Positions 45,816-56,584 of a stretch of 58,646 bases of DNA are shown here, piece after piece. Within the stretch, counting starts at the first letter, position 1. The number at the start of each line of letters is the position of its first letter. The position numbers and the translations under genes were made by a program. The notes under the pieces are model-generated. The model had not been told where the DNA came from, searched no databases, and worked only from the letters and a program-made list of their open reading frames with translations. This DNA comes from Bacteroidales bacterium (GTDB taxonomy: Bacteria; Bacteroidota; Bacteroidia; Bacteroidales; VadinHA17). The stretch is taken from contig JAWLFR010000002.1 of NCBI GenBank assembly GCA_041685495.1, forward strand, positions 17,019-75,664, written 5' to 3'.

Positions 45816-46832
45816 CTATTTCGACTCCCATGTGGATCCTGACCTGAGCAGGTCATCCACATTCTTAATCTTAGCATCTTCCTGCACCTTCTTAATCTGT
45901 CCTTTTACCGCCATATCGTATGTAGGGGCTGCCACACTGCGTATAATGCCCAGTGCAACAGGATAAGAGGGGTACTTCATATTGGCCAGCATGGTATGCA
46001 GACCGGGTGTATTATCTTCAGCATCATGTACCAGCAGGTCTTTCTCGCTGATACCATTACCTAGCTTAACAACTTTCAGCTTCAGACCCTCCAGCATAAG
46101 TCCCTTGTCATTATCCTTCCCGAATATCATAGGTTCGCCCTGCCTGAGTACGATTGTTGTATCTTCCCTTGTCTGGCGATCGCTCAACTCCTTATGCACG
46201 CCATCATTAAAGATAACACAGTTCTGCAGCACCTCAACAACAGATGTACCCTCAAAGAGGGCTGCCTGTTTGTATATCTCTGTCGACAGTTTAACATTTG
46301 TATCAATGGTACGGGCAAAGAACTTTCCTTTCGAGCCTATCACCAGTTCACCCGGCGAGAATGGTTCTTCCACGGTGCCGTATGGTGATGTTTTTGTCTG
46401 TGCTCCCTTCTGTGAAGTAGGAGAATACTGGCCTTTTGTCAGGCCATATATCTCATTATTAAAGAGTATGATATTAATATCCAGATTACGCCTTATGGTA
46501 TGAATAAAATGGTTGCCGCCGATAGCCATGGCATCACCATCACCTGTAATCTGCCATACACTCAGGTCCGGATTGGCTACTTTCACCCCCGAGGCTATGG
46601 CAGGGGCACGCCCGTGAATACCATGAAAGCCGTAAGTGCTGATATAATAAGGGAACCTGGAAGAGCAGCCTATACCGGATATAAAAGCAAATTTCTCTTT
46701 TGGTATATCCAGATCGGCCATAGCCCTGGTAATAGAACTCAGTATGGCATGGTCGCCACATCCGGGGCACCATCTTACCTCCTGGTCACTCTTAAAATCT
46801 TTTGGATTATAATCAAATTTATTTTCAGTCAT
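45816..46832 (-). CDS. korB: 2-oxoglutarate/2-oxoacid:ferredoxin oxidoreductase beta subunit (TPP-binding)
   Basis: RWCPGCGDH, GIGCSSR, GDGDAMAIGGNH, NNEIYGLTKGQ. Confidence 0.9.
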   Translation of the reverse strand: MTENKFDYNPKDFKSDQEVRWCPGCGDHAILSSITRAMADLDIPKEKFAFISGIGCSSRFPYYISTYGFHGIHGRAPAIASGVKVANPDLSVWQITGDGDAMAIGGNHFIHTIRRNLDINIILFNNEIYGLTKGQYSPTSQKGAQTKTSPYGTVEEPFSPGELVIGSKGKFFARTIDTNVKLSTEIYKQAALFEGTSVVEVLQNCVIFNDGVHKELSDRQTREDTTIVLRQGEPMIFGKDNDKGLMLEGLKLKVVKLGNGISEKDLLVHDAEDNTPGLHTMLANMKYPSYPVALGIIRSVAAPTYDMAVKGQIKKVQEDAKIKNVDDLLRSGSTWESK

Positions 46833-46835
46833 AAC

Positions 46836-48677
46836 TTATTCCTCCAGGATCTTTATGCATTGTTCTTCTATCTCTTTACATGTAAAAGGCAATCCCTGTA
46901 TCTTATTTATCTGTTTAAACTTAAAATCTTCGAACTCCATCTTCAGGTATTTAACAAACTGCCCGGCATTTAATTCGGCCACCACCAGCTTATCAAATTT
47001 CGAAAATATATGAGCTGTATTCTCCGGCAGCGGATTGATATAGTTAAAATGAGCCAGGCTCACCTTCTTTCCTTTTTTGCGCAGTTCACGCACCGCTGTC
47101 AGCAGGTGGCCGTATGTGCCTCCCCAGCCTATAAGCAGAAGGTCGCCCTCAATGTCACCATAGGTCTCAAGAGGAGGCACCTTACTGACCACAGCGGCCA
47201 CTTTACCAGCCCTCATCTTTACCATATGCTCATGATTTTCAGGTATGTACGACACAGTGCCCTTTACTGTTTTTTCCAGTCCGCCAATCCTGTGCTCCCT
47301 TCCTGCGGTACCGGGTACTGCCCATTTCCTTGCCAGTGTTTTTTCATCCCTTTCATATGGAAGATATTCATCATTACCCTCTTTCACCAGCGGCGGGTTT
47401 ATAGCGGGCAGTGAGCTCATGGAAGGTATCCGCCATGGCTCCGAGCCGTTGGCGAGAAAACCGTCTGTCAACAGTACTACCGGCACCATATGTTCAAGTG
47501 CTATCCTTGCTGCTTCAAAGGCATAATGGAAACAGTTGGACGGCGTACTTGCAGCTATCACTACGACGGGACATTCGCCGTTTCTGCCATAGAGTGCCTG
47601 GAGGAGATCAGCCTGTTCTGTCTTTGTCGGCAGACCGGTTGATGGCCCTCCCCTCTGTACATTAACAAGCACAAGAGGCAGCTCGGTCATAACAGCCAGG
47701 CCCAGGGCCTCGGATTTAAGTGCCAGTCCGGGTCCGGATGTGGATGTCACTGCCAGATCACCTGCAAAGCTGGCTCCTATGGCAGTACATATACCTGCTA
47801 TCTCGTCCTCTGCCTGGAAGCTTTTTACGCCCAGGTCCTTGCGCGCCGCAAGAGTCTCCAGTATTCCCGTAGCCGGGGTAATGGGATATGAGCCGATAAA
47901 AAGTTCCAGCCCGGCCTTCTCGGCTGCAGCCAGCAGTCCCCACGAGGTAGCGGTGTTACCGTCAATGGTACGGTACAGTCCCTTCTCAATATCGGCGGGA
48001 CTGACCTTATAAACAGGGCTCATAGCTTCAATTGTCTCACCGTAATGATAACCTGCCCTTAGAACGGCACTGTTAGCTTCTATGATCTTGGGTCTCTTAC
48101 TGAACTTACCCTTGAAATACTCTTCGGTATACTCCAGGTCGCGGCCAAACAGCCAGTACACCATTCCCAGGGCAAACATATTCTTTGTACGCAGCACCGT
48201 CTTGGGATCAAGACCATAATCTTTCAGTATTTCCTTAACCATAGTGCTTATGGGCGCGGAGATAACATTGTACTCGCTCAGCTCGTCTCCTGTCCTGGGA
48301 TCGCTCTCATACCCTGCCTTTTTGATGTTTTTATCGGTAAAATTATCTTCATCTATAATAATTGTACCGCCCTTACGGGTAAATTTCGCATTTGCCTTAA
48401 CTGCTGCCGGATTCATTGCAACCAGTACATCGGCATAATCACCGGGGGTAAACACCTCGGAGTGCCCCACGTGAACCTGGAATCCTGATACCCCTCCAAC
48501 CGTACCCTGGGGTGCCCGGATCTCTGCAGGATAATCCGGGAAGGTAGAAAGGTCATTACCAAAAAGTGCTGAAGTATTGGAAAATAATGTTCCGGTAAGC
48601 TGCATACCGTCACCTGAATCTCCCGAGAAACGTATTACTACTTCTTCCCGTTCGATGACTCGCTCACTCTTACTCAT
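46836..48677 (-). CDS. korA: 2-oxoglutarate/2-oxoacid:ferredoxin oxidoreductase alpha subunit
   Basis: 613 aa, fused gamma/alpha-type architecture (RFSGDSGDGMQLTG...; GSYPITPAT; TSGPGLALK). The stop is 3 nt before korB. Confidence 0.9.
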   Translation of the reverse strand: MSKSERVIEREEVVIRFSGDSGDGMQLTGTLFSNTSALFGNDLSTFPDYPAEIRAPQGTVGGVSGFQVHVGHSEVFTPGDYADVLVAMNPAAVKANAKFTRKGGTIIIDEDNFTDKNIKKAGYESDPRTGDELSEYNVISAPISTMVKEILKDYGLDPKTVLRTKNMFALGMVYWLFGRDLEYTEEYFKGKFSKRPKIIEANSAVLRAGYHYGETIEAMSPVYKVSPADIEKGLYRTIDGNTATSWGLLAAAEKAGLELFIGSYPITPATGILETLAARKDLGVKSFQAEDEIAGICTAIGASFAGDLAVTSTSGPGLALKSEALGLAVMTELPLVLVNVQRGGPSTGLPTKTEQADLLQALYGRNGECPVVVIAASTPSNCFHYAFEAARIALEHMVPVVLLTDGFLANGSEPWRIPSMSSLPAINPPLVKEGNDEYLPYERDEKTLARKWAVPGTAGREHRIGGLEKTVKGTVSYIPENHEHMVKMRAGKVAAVVSKVPPLETYGDIEGDLLLIGWGGTYGHLLTAVRELRKKGKKVSLAHFNYINPLPENTAHIFSKFDKLVVAELNAGQFVKYLKMEFEDFKFKQINKIQGLPFTCKEIEEQCIKILEE

Positions 48678-48981
48678 AATTTTTTTTTATAGAAATAGAT
48701 TTAAATCAAAGATACAATCAACATATTTATTATACTAAATGCAAGAACAAATTCGTAAAAATAAATGCATACGAATATTATAAATTAGCCATATGCATTG
48801 AAAAATTGTAAGTATTCTTTTTTTATGGTTTCGATGCTTAAAAAATTGCCCTGATTACTAATGCAAAATTAAGCAAATTCATTTGTGAAAATTCAAAAAA
48901 AACACTTTTTTGAACATGATTTTGGTCATGTTTTTCAGGATAACGAAATCAGGTGATAAATATTGATTATCCAGTAATATT

Positions 48982-49806
48982 CTATATCCACAGGTCTTTT
49001 ACCTCCAGGGAAACATCTTTCTCGAAAAACATACGGGCTATCTTGCCGAAGTATTCTGTGTAGTCAGACACATAGAATTTATCTGCTGGTTTTGCAGTTC
49101 CCGTATTAAGCAGCTTATTATCTTCAAGCATTCTTCTTAGCTCCAGGGCCACCACACGGGCTGAGTCAACAACCTCAATATCGAAATCATAGAACTTACT
49201 GATCTGGTTTCGTATAAGCGGGTAATGTGTGCATCCCAGCACCAGTGCTTCTAATCCGGAAAGCCTCCTGTCAGAGAGGTAAGTACGGATTATGGCATTT
49301 GATATATCATCAAAGATAAAGCCTTCTTCTATCATTGGCACCAGCAGCGGGGTAGCGAGCGACATCACCTCTGTACCCGGCATTTTGTCTTTAAATTCTG
49401 ACTCATAGGTGCCTGAACTGATAGTTCTTTTTGTTCCGATAACACCTACCCTTGAATATTCTTTTGATGCAATATAGTCTATAACCGGTCCGATAACATC
49501 CAGTATCAGCACCTTGTCTCCATACTCCTCCCGTAGCACCGAATAGGCTGAAGCAGAAGCCGAGTTACAGGCTACAAGGATAATCTTGGCCCCGTGCCCT
49601 ATCAGGAATTCCGTTATCTTACGGCTGTAATTAATAATGGCACCCTCTGACTTATCACCATATGGCAGGTGGGCCGTATCGCCGAAATACACCAGCTCCT
49701 CACCGGGAAGTATCTGTTTTATGGCATGTGCCACCGTAAGTCCGCCCACACCGGAGTCAAATATTCCGACAGGATTATTATTAGCAGGTTTATTCACTTT
49801 ATTCAT
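48982..49806 (-). CDS. murI: Glutamate racemase
   Basis: GIFDSGVGGLTV, VACNSASA, LGCTHYP. Confidence 0.95.
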   Translation of the reverse strand: MNKVNKPANNNPVGIFDSGVGGLTVAHAIKQILPGEELVYFGDTAHLPYGDKSEGAIINYSRKITEFLIGHGAKIILVACNSASASAYSVLREEYGDKVLILDVIGPVIDYIASKEYSRVGVIGTKRTISSGTYESEFKDKMPGTEVMSLATPLLVPMIEEGFIFDDISNAIIRTYLSDRRLSGLEALVLGCTHYPLIRNQISKFYDFDIEVVDSARVVALELRRMLEDNKLLNTGTAKPADKFYVSDYTEYFGKIARMFFEKDVSLEVKDLWI

Positions 49807-49810
49807 AACG

Positions 49811-49840
49811 AAAAAATGACCATCCGCAGGGGATGGTCAT
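49811..49840 (-). terminator. Rho-independent terminator between skp-like gene and murI
   Basis: 10-bp perfect stem ATGACCATCC/GGATGGTCAT (49816-49825 and 49831-49840) with a 5-nt loop. On the minus strand a T-run (49811-49815) follows. It ends 4 nt before the murI ATG. Confidence 0.75.
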
Positions 49841-49860
49841 CCGCATTATATCATTAATTT

Positions 49861-50379
49861 TTACTGTATACCCAGCTTAATTTTCACCTTTTCAAGTATA
49901 TTCTCACTTTTCTCTTCATCAAAATAGATTATCGGTCCGCGTGAAAGATCGAAAATATATGTGAAACCATTCTCCCGGGCCACACTGGCTATTGCCTTTT
50001 CTGCTCTTTCAATTATGGGTTGCATCAGCTGCTGCTGCTGCTGCTGCAGCTGCTGATCGGCATTCTGCGAAAAGTTGTTTATCCTCTCCTGAAGTCCCAT
50101 CAGCTCTTCCTCCTTGGTCTGGCGTACTATATCCGAAAGGTTTTCAACATTCTCAGTATAATCATTGAGCTTATTATTATATTCGACCTGCATTGCTTCC
50201 AGTGTATTCTGCAATTCGGTCTGCAGGGCCTGCATCTGGTCCACTATAGTGTCCCTTTCGGGCATTTGTGAGAATAGCTCATCAGAGTTTATATGTCCGA
50301 ATTTATAGTCTTGCGCTGTTGCATTCTGGCTGAATGATAAAATCATTATCATTGCCAGCAATCCAATTAGTTTCTTCAT
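49861..50379 (-). CDS. OmpH/Skp family periplasmic chaperone
   Basis: Signal peptide starting at MKKLIGLLAMIMILSF (Met9 of the ORF), then a coiled coil with a poly-Q tract. It lies downstream of bamA. Confidence 0.8.
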   Translation of the reverse strand: MKKLIGLLAMIMILSFSQNATAQDYKFGHINSDELFSQMPERDTIVDQMQALQTELQNTLEAMQVEYNNKLNDYTENVENLSDIVRQTKEEELMGLQERINNFSQNADQQLQQQQQQLMQPIIERAEKAIASVARENGFTYIFDLSRGPIIYFDEEKSENILEKVKIKLGIQ

Positions 50380-50418
50380 CGTTGTCATTTTTATATTTAA
50401 CATTGCAAATGTAATTAA

Positions 50419-50934
50419 TTAATTATTATAACCTAACTTTTCAAGCACTTCATCACTAAGATCATACCTCGGGTCTGTATACAGCATATTCATACCTGCA
50501 GAGGTATCAAATATCACTGCATAATTACCACTGGCAGCTATTTCTTTTACAGCATTATATATCTCGTCCTGTATTGGCTGCACCAGTTCCTGCCTCTTCT
50601 TATACAGTTCGCCCTCCACACCAAAATACCTGGTCTGGAGCTCCTTTGCTTCCTGCTCTTTATTTATGATCTCCTCTTCGCGACTGGTCTTTTCTTCGCG
50701 CGACAGCAGCACCACTTCATTCTGGTAATCCTTATACATCTGCTCCACCATCTCATAGGCATCGTTTATCTCCTTTTCCCATCCCTCTGACAGCTCATCC
50801 AGTCTTTCCTGGGCTGCCGCATAGCTGGGGATATTATTAAGGATATATTCGGTATCTACAAAAGCATATTTCTGTGCTGTGGCTGTGCCCGCCAGAAATA
50901 TCAAAGCCGTGAATAATAGTGTTATTTTTCTCAT
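50419..50934 (-). CDS. OmpH/Skp family periplasmic chaperone
   Basis: Signal peptide (LAGTATAQ), then a coiled-coil OmpH-like sequence. It lies immediately downstream of bamA. Confidence 0.8.
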   Translation of the reverse strand: MRKITLLFTALIFLAGTATAQKYAFVDTEYILNNIPSYAAAQERLDELSEGWEKEINDAYEMVEQMYKDYQNEVVLLSREEKTSREEEIINKEQEAKELQTRYFGVEGELYKKRQELVQPIQDEIYNAVKEIAASGNYAVIFDTSAGMNMLYTDPRYDLSDEVLEKLGYNN

Positions 50935-50953
50935 AACTGATAATTTTTAATTT

Positions 50954-53446
50954 CTAAAATTGCTGTCCCATTACAAAATGGAACTGATGACCATGTACAT
51001 CCTTTCCGGATACGGGGTCAAAACCATAAGCCCAGTCGATACCCAGCAGACCGAACATTGGAAGGTTGGCGCGTAAGCCCACCCCGGCTGACCGGTGCAC
51101 ATCGAAAGGGTTAAATTCTTTCAGTTCATACCAGGCCTTACCTGCTTCCATGAAGACAAGGCCGTATATTGTTGCCTGCGGGTTAAGAGTGATGGGGTAC
51201 CTCATTTCAAAGGTAAGCTTTGTATATACATTACCCGATGGAACTGAGTTGCCATTACTGACAACGTTGGGTGTAAGTGAACCGTTTTCATATCCCCGCA
51301 GCGCTATTACATCGCGTCCGTAAAAGCTATAGCCTGTCATACCGTCTCCTCCCAGGTAAAAATTCTCAAATGGTGAAGGACCTATATCATTGTTATAATG
51401 ACCCAGGTAACCAAAGGCAAACCTGGGTGCCAGTACAAACTTATCAAATACCTCATAATAATATTCACCCTTGAATGACCATTTATGGAACTCTATCCAT
51501 TTATATTTTTCCTGTTGTGTTGCATTGCTGTAGTCTTTTCCTGACAGCAGTGAGTAGGGAGGTGTAAGCTGCAGGGAAAGGTTAAAGGTGGATCCTCTTC
51601 TCGGATATATCTGGTTGGGTCCGCTGGAGAAGCGTGTCAGCCGCGTGGTAACCGACATAAGGTTAGACACACCGTTACGGAAGAGAAAGGAAAACTGGCT
51701 GTAATTATTCATATTATACCGCTGGTAGCTCAGTTCGGAATAAAGGCTGAAATAATTATCAGGGCGTTCCAGCCTTTTACCCAGGCCTACAGTGACTCCG
51801 TCAATTATCATGGACTGCCTGCTTTCCTCGCCTATCCTGCTGCCGTTGGTCATAAGGGAGCGGTGTGCCGACACATTGAAAGTATTTGGCTTTTTTCCTC
51901 CCAGCCATGGTTCAACGAAGGATATATTATAAGACTGGTATATCCGGCCATTAGACTGCGCCCTTATGCTCAGCGACTGTCCGTCGCCGCTGGGATACGG
52001 TCTCCAGTGCTCGGGCTTGAAAAAGTTCTTGATGGCAAAATTATTGAACCTCACACCTACGGTGCCCACCAGCATACCGGCACCCCAGCCGCCTGATATC
52101 TCAAACTGGTCATTGGCCGTTTCTTCAAGGGCATATTCGAGGTCCACAGTTCCTTCACCCGGGTTCATCAATGGCTGGGGGTTAATCTTTTCGGGGTCAA
52201 AATGACCCAGCACAGCCACCTGCCTGGCCGAACGCATAATGGCATCTTTACTGAACAGGTCGCCGGGCAGAGTATACAGCTCTCTTCTGACAACATGTTC
52301 ATTGGTTCGTGTATTACCTTTTATGATAACCTTGTTGAGTGTGGCCTGCTCACCCTCCTGTATGCGTACCTCAATGTCAATGGAGTCATTGCTTATATCT
52401 GTCTCAACAGGTATAAGGTTTGAGAACAGGTAACCGTTATTGAGGTAGAGTGAGGATACTGCATCCTCATCATAGCTCAGCCTTTCCTCCAGCAGGTTAC
52501 GGTTATACACATCCCCCTCGTTGATATTAAGCACTTCATCCAGCAGGCCCTGGGGATAGACACTGTTGCCAACCCATTCAATATCACCGAAGCGGTACTG
52601 CTCGCCTTCATCCACCATTATAGCCATCAGAACCCTGTCCTCTGACTCCTGCATGATGGTATCTTTTACTATTCTGAAATCACGAAAACCGTTCTCATTA
52701 TAGAAGTCAACCAGGCTCTGTTTATCCTCCTCGAACATATCATCAACATATTTGGATGCCTTGAAGATATTAAGGTTCTTTTTCTTGGTATTCTTCATTA
52801 CCCTGCGCAGCCTCTTATCATCAAAGGTCTCATTACCTTCAAACACTATATCACTTATCTTGACCCTCTCATTCTTATCAACATGGATATTGAGAATGAT
52901 ATTATTGGGGCTTTCAGGATCTGCTTTCTGTACCATCCGTACCTCTGTGTTCAGAAACCCTTTCTCCACGAAATGATCACGTATGATTGAACGCGTGTTT
53001 GAAAGAACATGATCAGTGAGCTGACTTCCGCTTACCAGACTTATCTTGTCAGTTATATTCTGTATTTCGTTCTTCTTCAGACCATGGTACTCAACAGATG
53101 ATATTCTTGCCCTTTCAGCCAGCTGTATCTCCAGGAATATTGTATCCGACCGTGTATCCGTTGCCTTTATTTTAACATCTGAAAAGAGGCCCTGCTTCCA
53201 CAGTTTCTCCACTGCCTGTGTTATTGCATCGCCCGGCACAAGTATCCTTGAATATTTCCTAATACCTGAAAGTCCAACAATAGCATTGGTATCCAGATAC
53301 TTAACTCCTGTAACCTTAATATCACCCACCACATATTCTACCGGATCGGTATAGTCCACTATGCGTATACCTTCCTGAGCCTTTATATCAACTGTGTTCA
53401 GAAATAGAATGCCTGCAGCCAGTAATATCAAAAATCGTTTCAACAT
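50954..53446 (-). CDS. bamA: Outer membrane protein assembly factor BamA
   Basis: POTRA repeats followed by an Omp85 beta-barrel ending in ...HFVMGQQF. Start placed at MLKRFLILLAAG (ATG at 53446, 1 nt after the uppS stop). Upstream in-frame ATGs are also possible. Confidence 0.9.
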   Translation of the reverse strand: MLKRFLILLAAGILFLNTVDIKAQEGIRIVDYTDPVEYVVGDIKVTGVKYLDTNAIVGLSGIRKYSRILVPGDAITQAVEKLWKQGLFSDVKIKATDTRSDTIFLEIQLAERARISSVEYHGLKKNEIQNITDKISLVSGSQLTDHVLSNTRSIIRDHFVEKGFLNTEVRMVQKADPESPNNIILNIHVDKNERVKISDIVFEGNETFDDKRLRRVMKNTKKKNLNIFKASKYVDDMFEEDKQSLVDFYNENGFRDFRIVKDTIMQESEDRVLMAIMVDEGEQYRFGDIEWVGNSVYPQGLLDEVLNINEGDVYNRNLLEERLSYDEDAVSSLYLNNGYLFSNLIPVETDISNDSIDIEVRIQEGEQATLNKVIIKGNTRTNEHVVRRELYTLPGDLFSKDAIMRSARQVAVLGHFDPEKINPQPLMNPGEGTVDLEYALEETANDQFEISGGWGAGMLVGTVGVRFNNFAIKNFFKPEHWRPYPSGDGQSLSIRAQSNGRIYQSYNISFVEPWLGGKKPNTFNVSAHRSLMTNGSRIGEESRQSMIIDGVTVGLGKRLERPDNYFSLYSELSYQRYNMNNYSQFSFLFRNGVSNLMSVTTRLTRFSSGPNQIYPRRGSTFNLSLQLTPPYSLLSGKDYSNATQQEKYKWIEFHKWSFKGEYYYEVFDKFVLAPRFAFGYLGHYNNDIGPSPFENFYLGGDGMTGYSFYGRDVIALRGYENGSLTPNVVSNGNSVPSGNVYTKLTFEMRYPITLNPQATIYGLVFMEAGKAWYELKEFNPFDVHRSAGVGLRANLPMFGLLGIDWAYGFDPVSGKDVHGHQFHFVMGQQF

Positions 53447-53447
53447 A

Positions 53448-54206
53448 TTAATTTTCATTTTCATGCACCTGTTCACTTGTTTTTCCAAATCTTCTTTCTC
53501 TTTTCTGATACTCTACCAGGGCCTTATATAATTCCTCTTTACCAAAATCAGGCCAAAGTGTTTCGGTGAAATATAATTCACTGTAAGCAATCTGCCAGAG
53601 AAGGAAATTACTTATTCGTATTTCCCCGCTTGTCCTTATAAGCAGTTCGGGATCGGGAATGCCTTTTGTTGTCAGAAAATCCTCAAAAATCTTATCGTCA
53701 ATATTAGCCGGGTCAATCCTGCCTTCTTTTATTTTATACGCTATATCCCTAACGGCCTTAACCATTTCCCACCTTGAGCTGTAACTGAGGGCGACAATAA
53801 GGGTCATTCCTGTACAGCTTGAGGTCTTTTCCAGGGTTTCATCAAGGCTTTTTCTTACACCGGCCGACAGCCTGTCAATATCACCTATCACTTTCAATAT
53901 GATATTATTATCCACCAGTTTTTTTGTTTCACTGTTCAGTGAATTAACCATCAGCTCCATCAGGGCCTCCACCTCTTCCCATGGCCTGTTCCAGTTTTCT
54001 GTTGAAAAAGCGTAAAGGCTTATATGCCTGATACCCAACTCGGCAGCCGACTCAATTATTTCCCTGACCGAATCAACTCCTTTCTGATGCCCGTAAATAC
54101 GGTCCTTACCCCTTTGAACAGCCCATCTGCCGTTACCATCCATTATAATGGCAACATGTTGTGGCAAACGTTTCAGATCTATACTGTCCTTTAAAGACAT
54201 TTTCAA
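53448..54206 (-). CDS. uppS: Isoprenyl transferase (undecaprenyl diphosphate synthase)
   Basis: [39 protein letters not shown]. Confidence 0.95.
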   Translation of the reverse strand: MKMSLKDSIDLKRLPQHVAIIMDGNGRWAVQRGKDRIYGHQKGVDSVREIIESAAELGIRHISLYAFSTENWNRPWEEVEALMELMVNSLNSETKKLVDNNIILKVIGDIDRLSAGVRKSLDETLEKTSSCTGMTLIVALSYSSRWEMVKAVRDIAYKIKEGRIDPANIDDKIFEDFLTTKGIPDPELLIRTSGEIRISNFLLWQIAYSELYFTETLWPDFGKEELYKALVEYQKRERRFGKTSEQVHENEN

Positions 54207-54883
54207 TACTTTTTTCTTTTTCTCTCGTAATCATCATATGCCGGGCAGCTAAGCAAATTATGGAACATCTTCCATGTAACTGTCACTCCTGCAAACATAT
54301 ACCAGTCATTATTATGAGTCCAGGCATGATGACCAGGGTTAATATTGTCAATTAAGCCGTCAAAGTTATCATAAAATGTTTTACGAAACCCATATTCGAG
54401 CTCTAATCCTGTGTTTTTATAAATATTAACCTTAAAACCGACCGATACCGGTATGACAGCTGTGTATTTCTGAAATGCGACATCTGAAAAACATAATCCG
54501 CCCCCGAGGGCAAAATAAGGAGTATAATCCCACCATTTGCCCGTGGTGGTATATGGCAGGAAGTTGAATTCAAACTGGACCGCCCATTCAAGCAGGGATG
54601 ATTCAAACGACTGAGCCCTTGATTGCTGGTAGTCATTATCAAAGTCAAGGTCATTTCCCCGTATCTTCCCGTAGAAAACATTTGTTCGGATGGAGTGCCG
54701 GGGATGGAAGTTATAGCGGTAGATTACACCAAAGGAGGGTGAGGGAGCATAGAAATACTTTTCAGGATTAATGTCACCCATATAATATGATATCCCTCCG
54801 AAAACACCATAATCAGAATCTCTCTGGGCATTCAGGGGAATAACAAAAACCAGTAATAATACAAATAATATATACCTCTTCAT
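54203..54883 (-). CDS. Outer-membrane beta-barrel protein (DUF6089-like)
   Basis: Signal peptide (VIPLNAQ), alternating aromatic/Gly beta-strand pattern, conserved position upstream of uppS-bamA. The family name is recall-based. Confidence 0.6.
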   Translation of the reverse strand: MKRYILFVLLLVFVIPLNAQRDSDYGVFGGISYYMGDINPEKYFYAPSPSFGVIYRYNFHPRHSIRTNVFYGKIRGNDLDFDNDYQQSRAQSFESSLLEWAVQFEFNFLPYTTTGKWWDYTPYFALGGGLCFSDVAFQKYTAVIPVSVGFKVNIYKNTGLELEYGFRKTFYDNFDGLIDNINPGHHAWTHNNDWYMFAGVTVTWKMFHNLLSCPAYDDYERKRKKY

Positions 54884-54891
54884 CTATATGT

Positions 54892-55650
54892 TTATTCCTT
54901 ATATTCCTTTCTAAAAGACGGTAATCCTTTTTCCGTTGTTTTCAGTTTCTTTGTTAAAACGAAAGTCATAAAGTAATAAACGTCGTTGGAACTGGAATAT
55001 TGCGAGGTATAGCCATCAATATAATCAGAGCCTGTATATCGTAATCCAAGATCAAAACCTACCAGGGTATTGGGGCTTAAAAGGTAATTTACGCCAAAGC
55101 CCACTGGTATGGCCAGTGCCACCCCGGAATCTTTCTCTATCACTGTCGCCAGCTTATCATTGGGTTTAACCTTATAGATGGCTGACCCTATCCCGGTATA
55201 CACAAAGGCATCAAGCCTTGCAATAAATGAATGAAATACCTCATCACCTCTGACAAACCTGTAGCTGCTCTCTGCATCGTTCTTCAGAAAATAATATTCA
55301 GCCGTAAGCATAGGCTCGAACAGTGATGTGGACGATTCGTAAGCTCTTTCCACATTGCTCCCTTTTGTGTCAGCTGCATGCAGGTACCCATAATTAAGAC
55401 TAAAACTGACAGCCAGATTTTCCTTAACACGGTATCTCATACCCCCCTTTATATTAAAGCGGTTCTGGGCAATAGTGAAATCTTTCAGACCCAGAAGGTT
55501 ATCGCCCGGACTGTATCCCCCGATATCACCAAAAACCTGGGAGGTGCCGAATCCGCCAAAAATCTCATACCTGCGGAGTTTCCAGAGCTGTCCGCTCGCC
55601 AACGGAGATAAAAAAACAATCACAAAGAGAAGCAGGAAAACCCGTTTCAT
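54892..55650 (-). CDS. Outer-membrane beta-barrel protein (porin-family/DUF6089-like paralogue)
   Basis: Signal peptide (LSPLASGQ) and a beta-barrel-like pattern. It is in tandem with the preceding gene. Confidence 0.6.
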   Translation of the reverse strand: MKRVFLLLFVIVFLSPLASGQLWKLRRYEIFGGFGTSQVFGDIGGYSPGDNLLGLKDFTIAQNRFNIKGGMRYRVKENLAVSFSLNYGYLHAADTKGSNVERAYESSTSLFEPMLTAEYYFLKNDAESSYRFVRGDEVFHSFIARLDAFVYTGIGSAIYKVKPNDKLATVIEKDSGVALAIPVGFGVNYLLSPNTLVGFDLGLRYTGSDYIDGYTSQYSSSNDVYYFMTFVLTKKLKTTEKGLPSFRKEYKE

Positions 55651-55709
55651 AATTTCCTTCTAATAAATAATTAAATACAAATATAATAATCCATACAGAA
55701 CAATCCTAA

Positions 55710-56573
55710 TCAATTTCTATGGTCGGCCCCCCACATCAATTTATTACGCAGGGTGCTGAAAAAGTCCTGACCCTCAACATTAATCGTTTTAATGGTATAT
55801 CCGGCCCTTGTAATAATCAGCTCACGGAAAAAGGGGAGGCGCACTGACCTGAAATCACAGGTAACAAGATACTCCGGGCTTCTTCCTTCAACCACAAGCC
55901 GCAGCCTGCTGTACCCGGGCAGAACTATAGGCCTGACACTCAATGTGTGTGGCGATAAGGGCGAAATAATAATACTCTCATCTGACGGCGATAATATAGG
56001 TCCGCCCGTACTCATATTATAGGCTGTTGAACCTGTAGCAGTGGATATTATAAGACCGTCTGCCCAGTAGGTATTAAGGTACAGGTCATCAACATACACC
56101 TTAACCATTATCATATTCAGGTCTGCCTTCTGCACTGTAATATCATTAAGCGCTACATTGGAGGTACCCATGGCTCCGAAAGGCTCTACAAGCTCAATAA
56201 GATAGCGGTTGATAAGGGTATATTCACTGCTGATTATTTTCTCCAGTGAACCTGCAATATCATCATGTATATTTGCCAGGAAGCCCATACGGCCAGCATT
56301 AACGCCTGCAATGGGTATGCCGGAATCACGCACCTGGAGCACCGATTCAAGGAAGGTTCCATCGCCTCCCACACTTAGCACCAGGTCCGGACGGATATTT
56401 TCATTATACAGGTTCCTGAACGTGCTCAAAGAATTATCGCCAACGGTCTTTGAAAGGTTTTCATGAAGTATAATATCTATATCATGACCGTCCAGCACCG
56501 ACAGGATATCCTCTATACAGGCAGCTGTTGTCTTACCGTTATCAGATCCGAAAATAGCAATCTTATTGAGCAT
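55710..56573 (-). CDS. nadK: NAD+ kinase
   Basis: VGGDGTFL, NDITV, DGLIISTATGSTAYNMSTGGPI. Confidence 0.9.
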   Translation of the reverse strand: MLNKIAIFGSDNGKTTAACIEDILSVLDGHDIDIILHENLSKTVGDNSLSTFRNLYNENIRPDLVLSVGGDGTFLESVLQVRDSGIPIAGVNAGRMGFLANIHDDIAGSLEKIISSEYTLINRYLIELVEPFGAMGTSNVALNDITVQKADLNMIMVKVYVDDLYLNTYWADGLIISTATGSTAYNMSTGGPILSPSDESIIISPLSPHTLSVRPIVLPGYSRLRLVVEGRSPEYLVTCDFRSVRLPFFRELIITRAGYTIKTINVEGQDFFSTLRNKLMWGADHRN

Positions 56574-56584
56574 TGGTAACAGGT

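Noticed and set aside
50029-50055. (CTG)6-CAG-(CTG)2 trinucleotide tract; also (TTC)6 at 31999-32016 and the GA-rich tract at 39165-39230
   Set aside because: These are in-frame low-complexity coding repeats: poly-Q in the Skp-like coiled coil, poly-E in the PKD protein linker, and the G/E/A tail of paralogue A. They are potentially slippage-prone, but there is nothing to indicate function.
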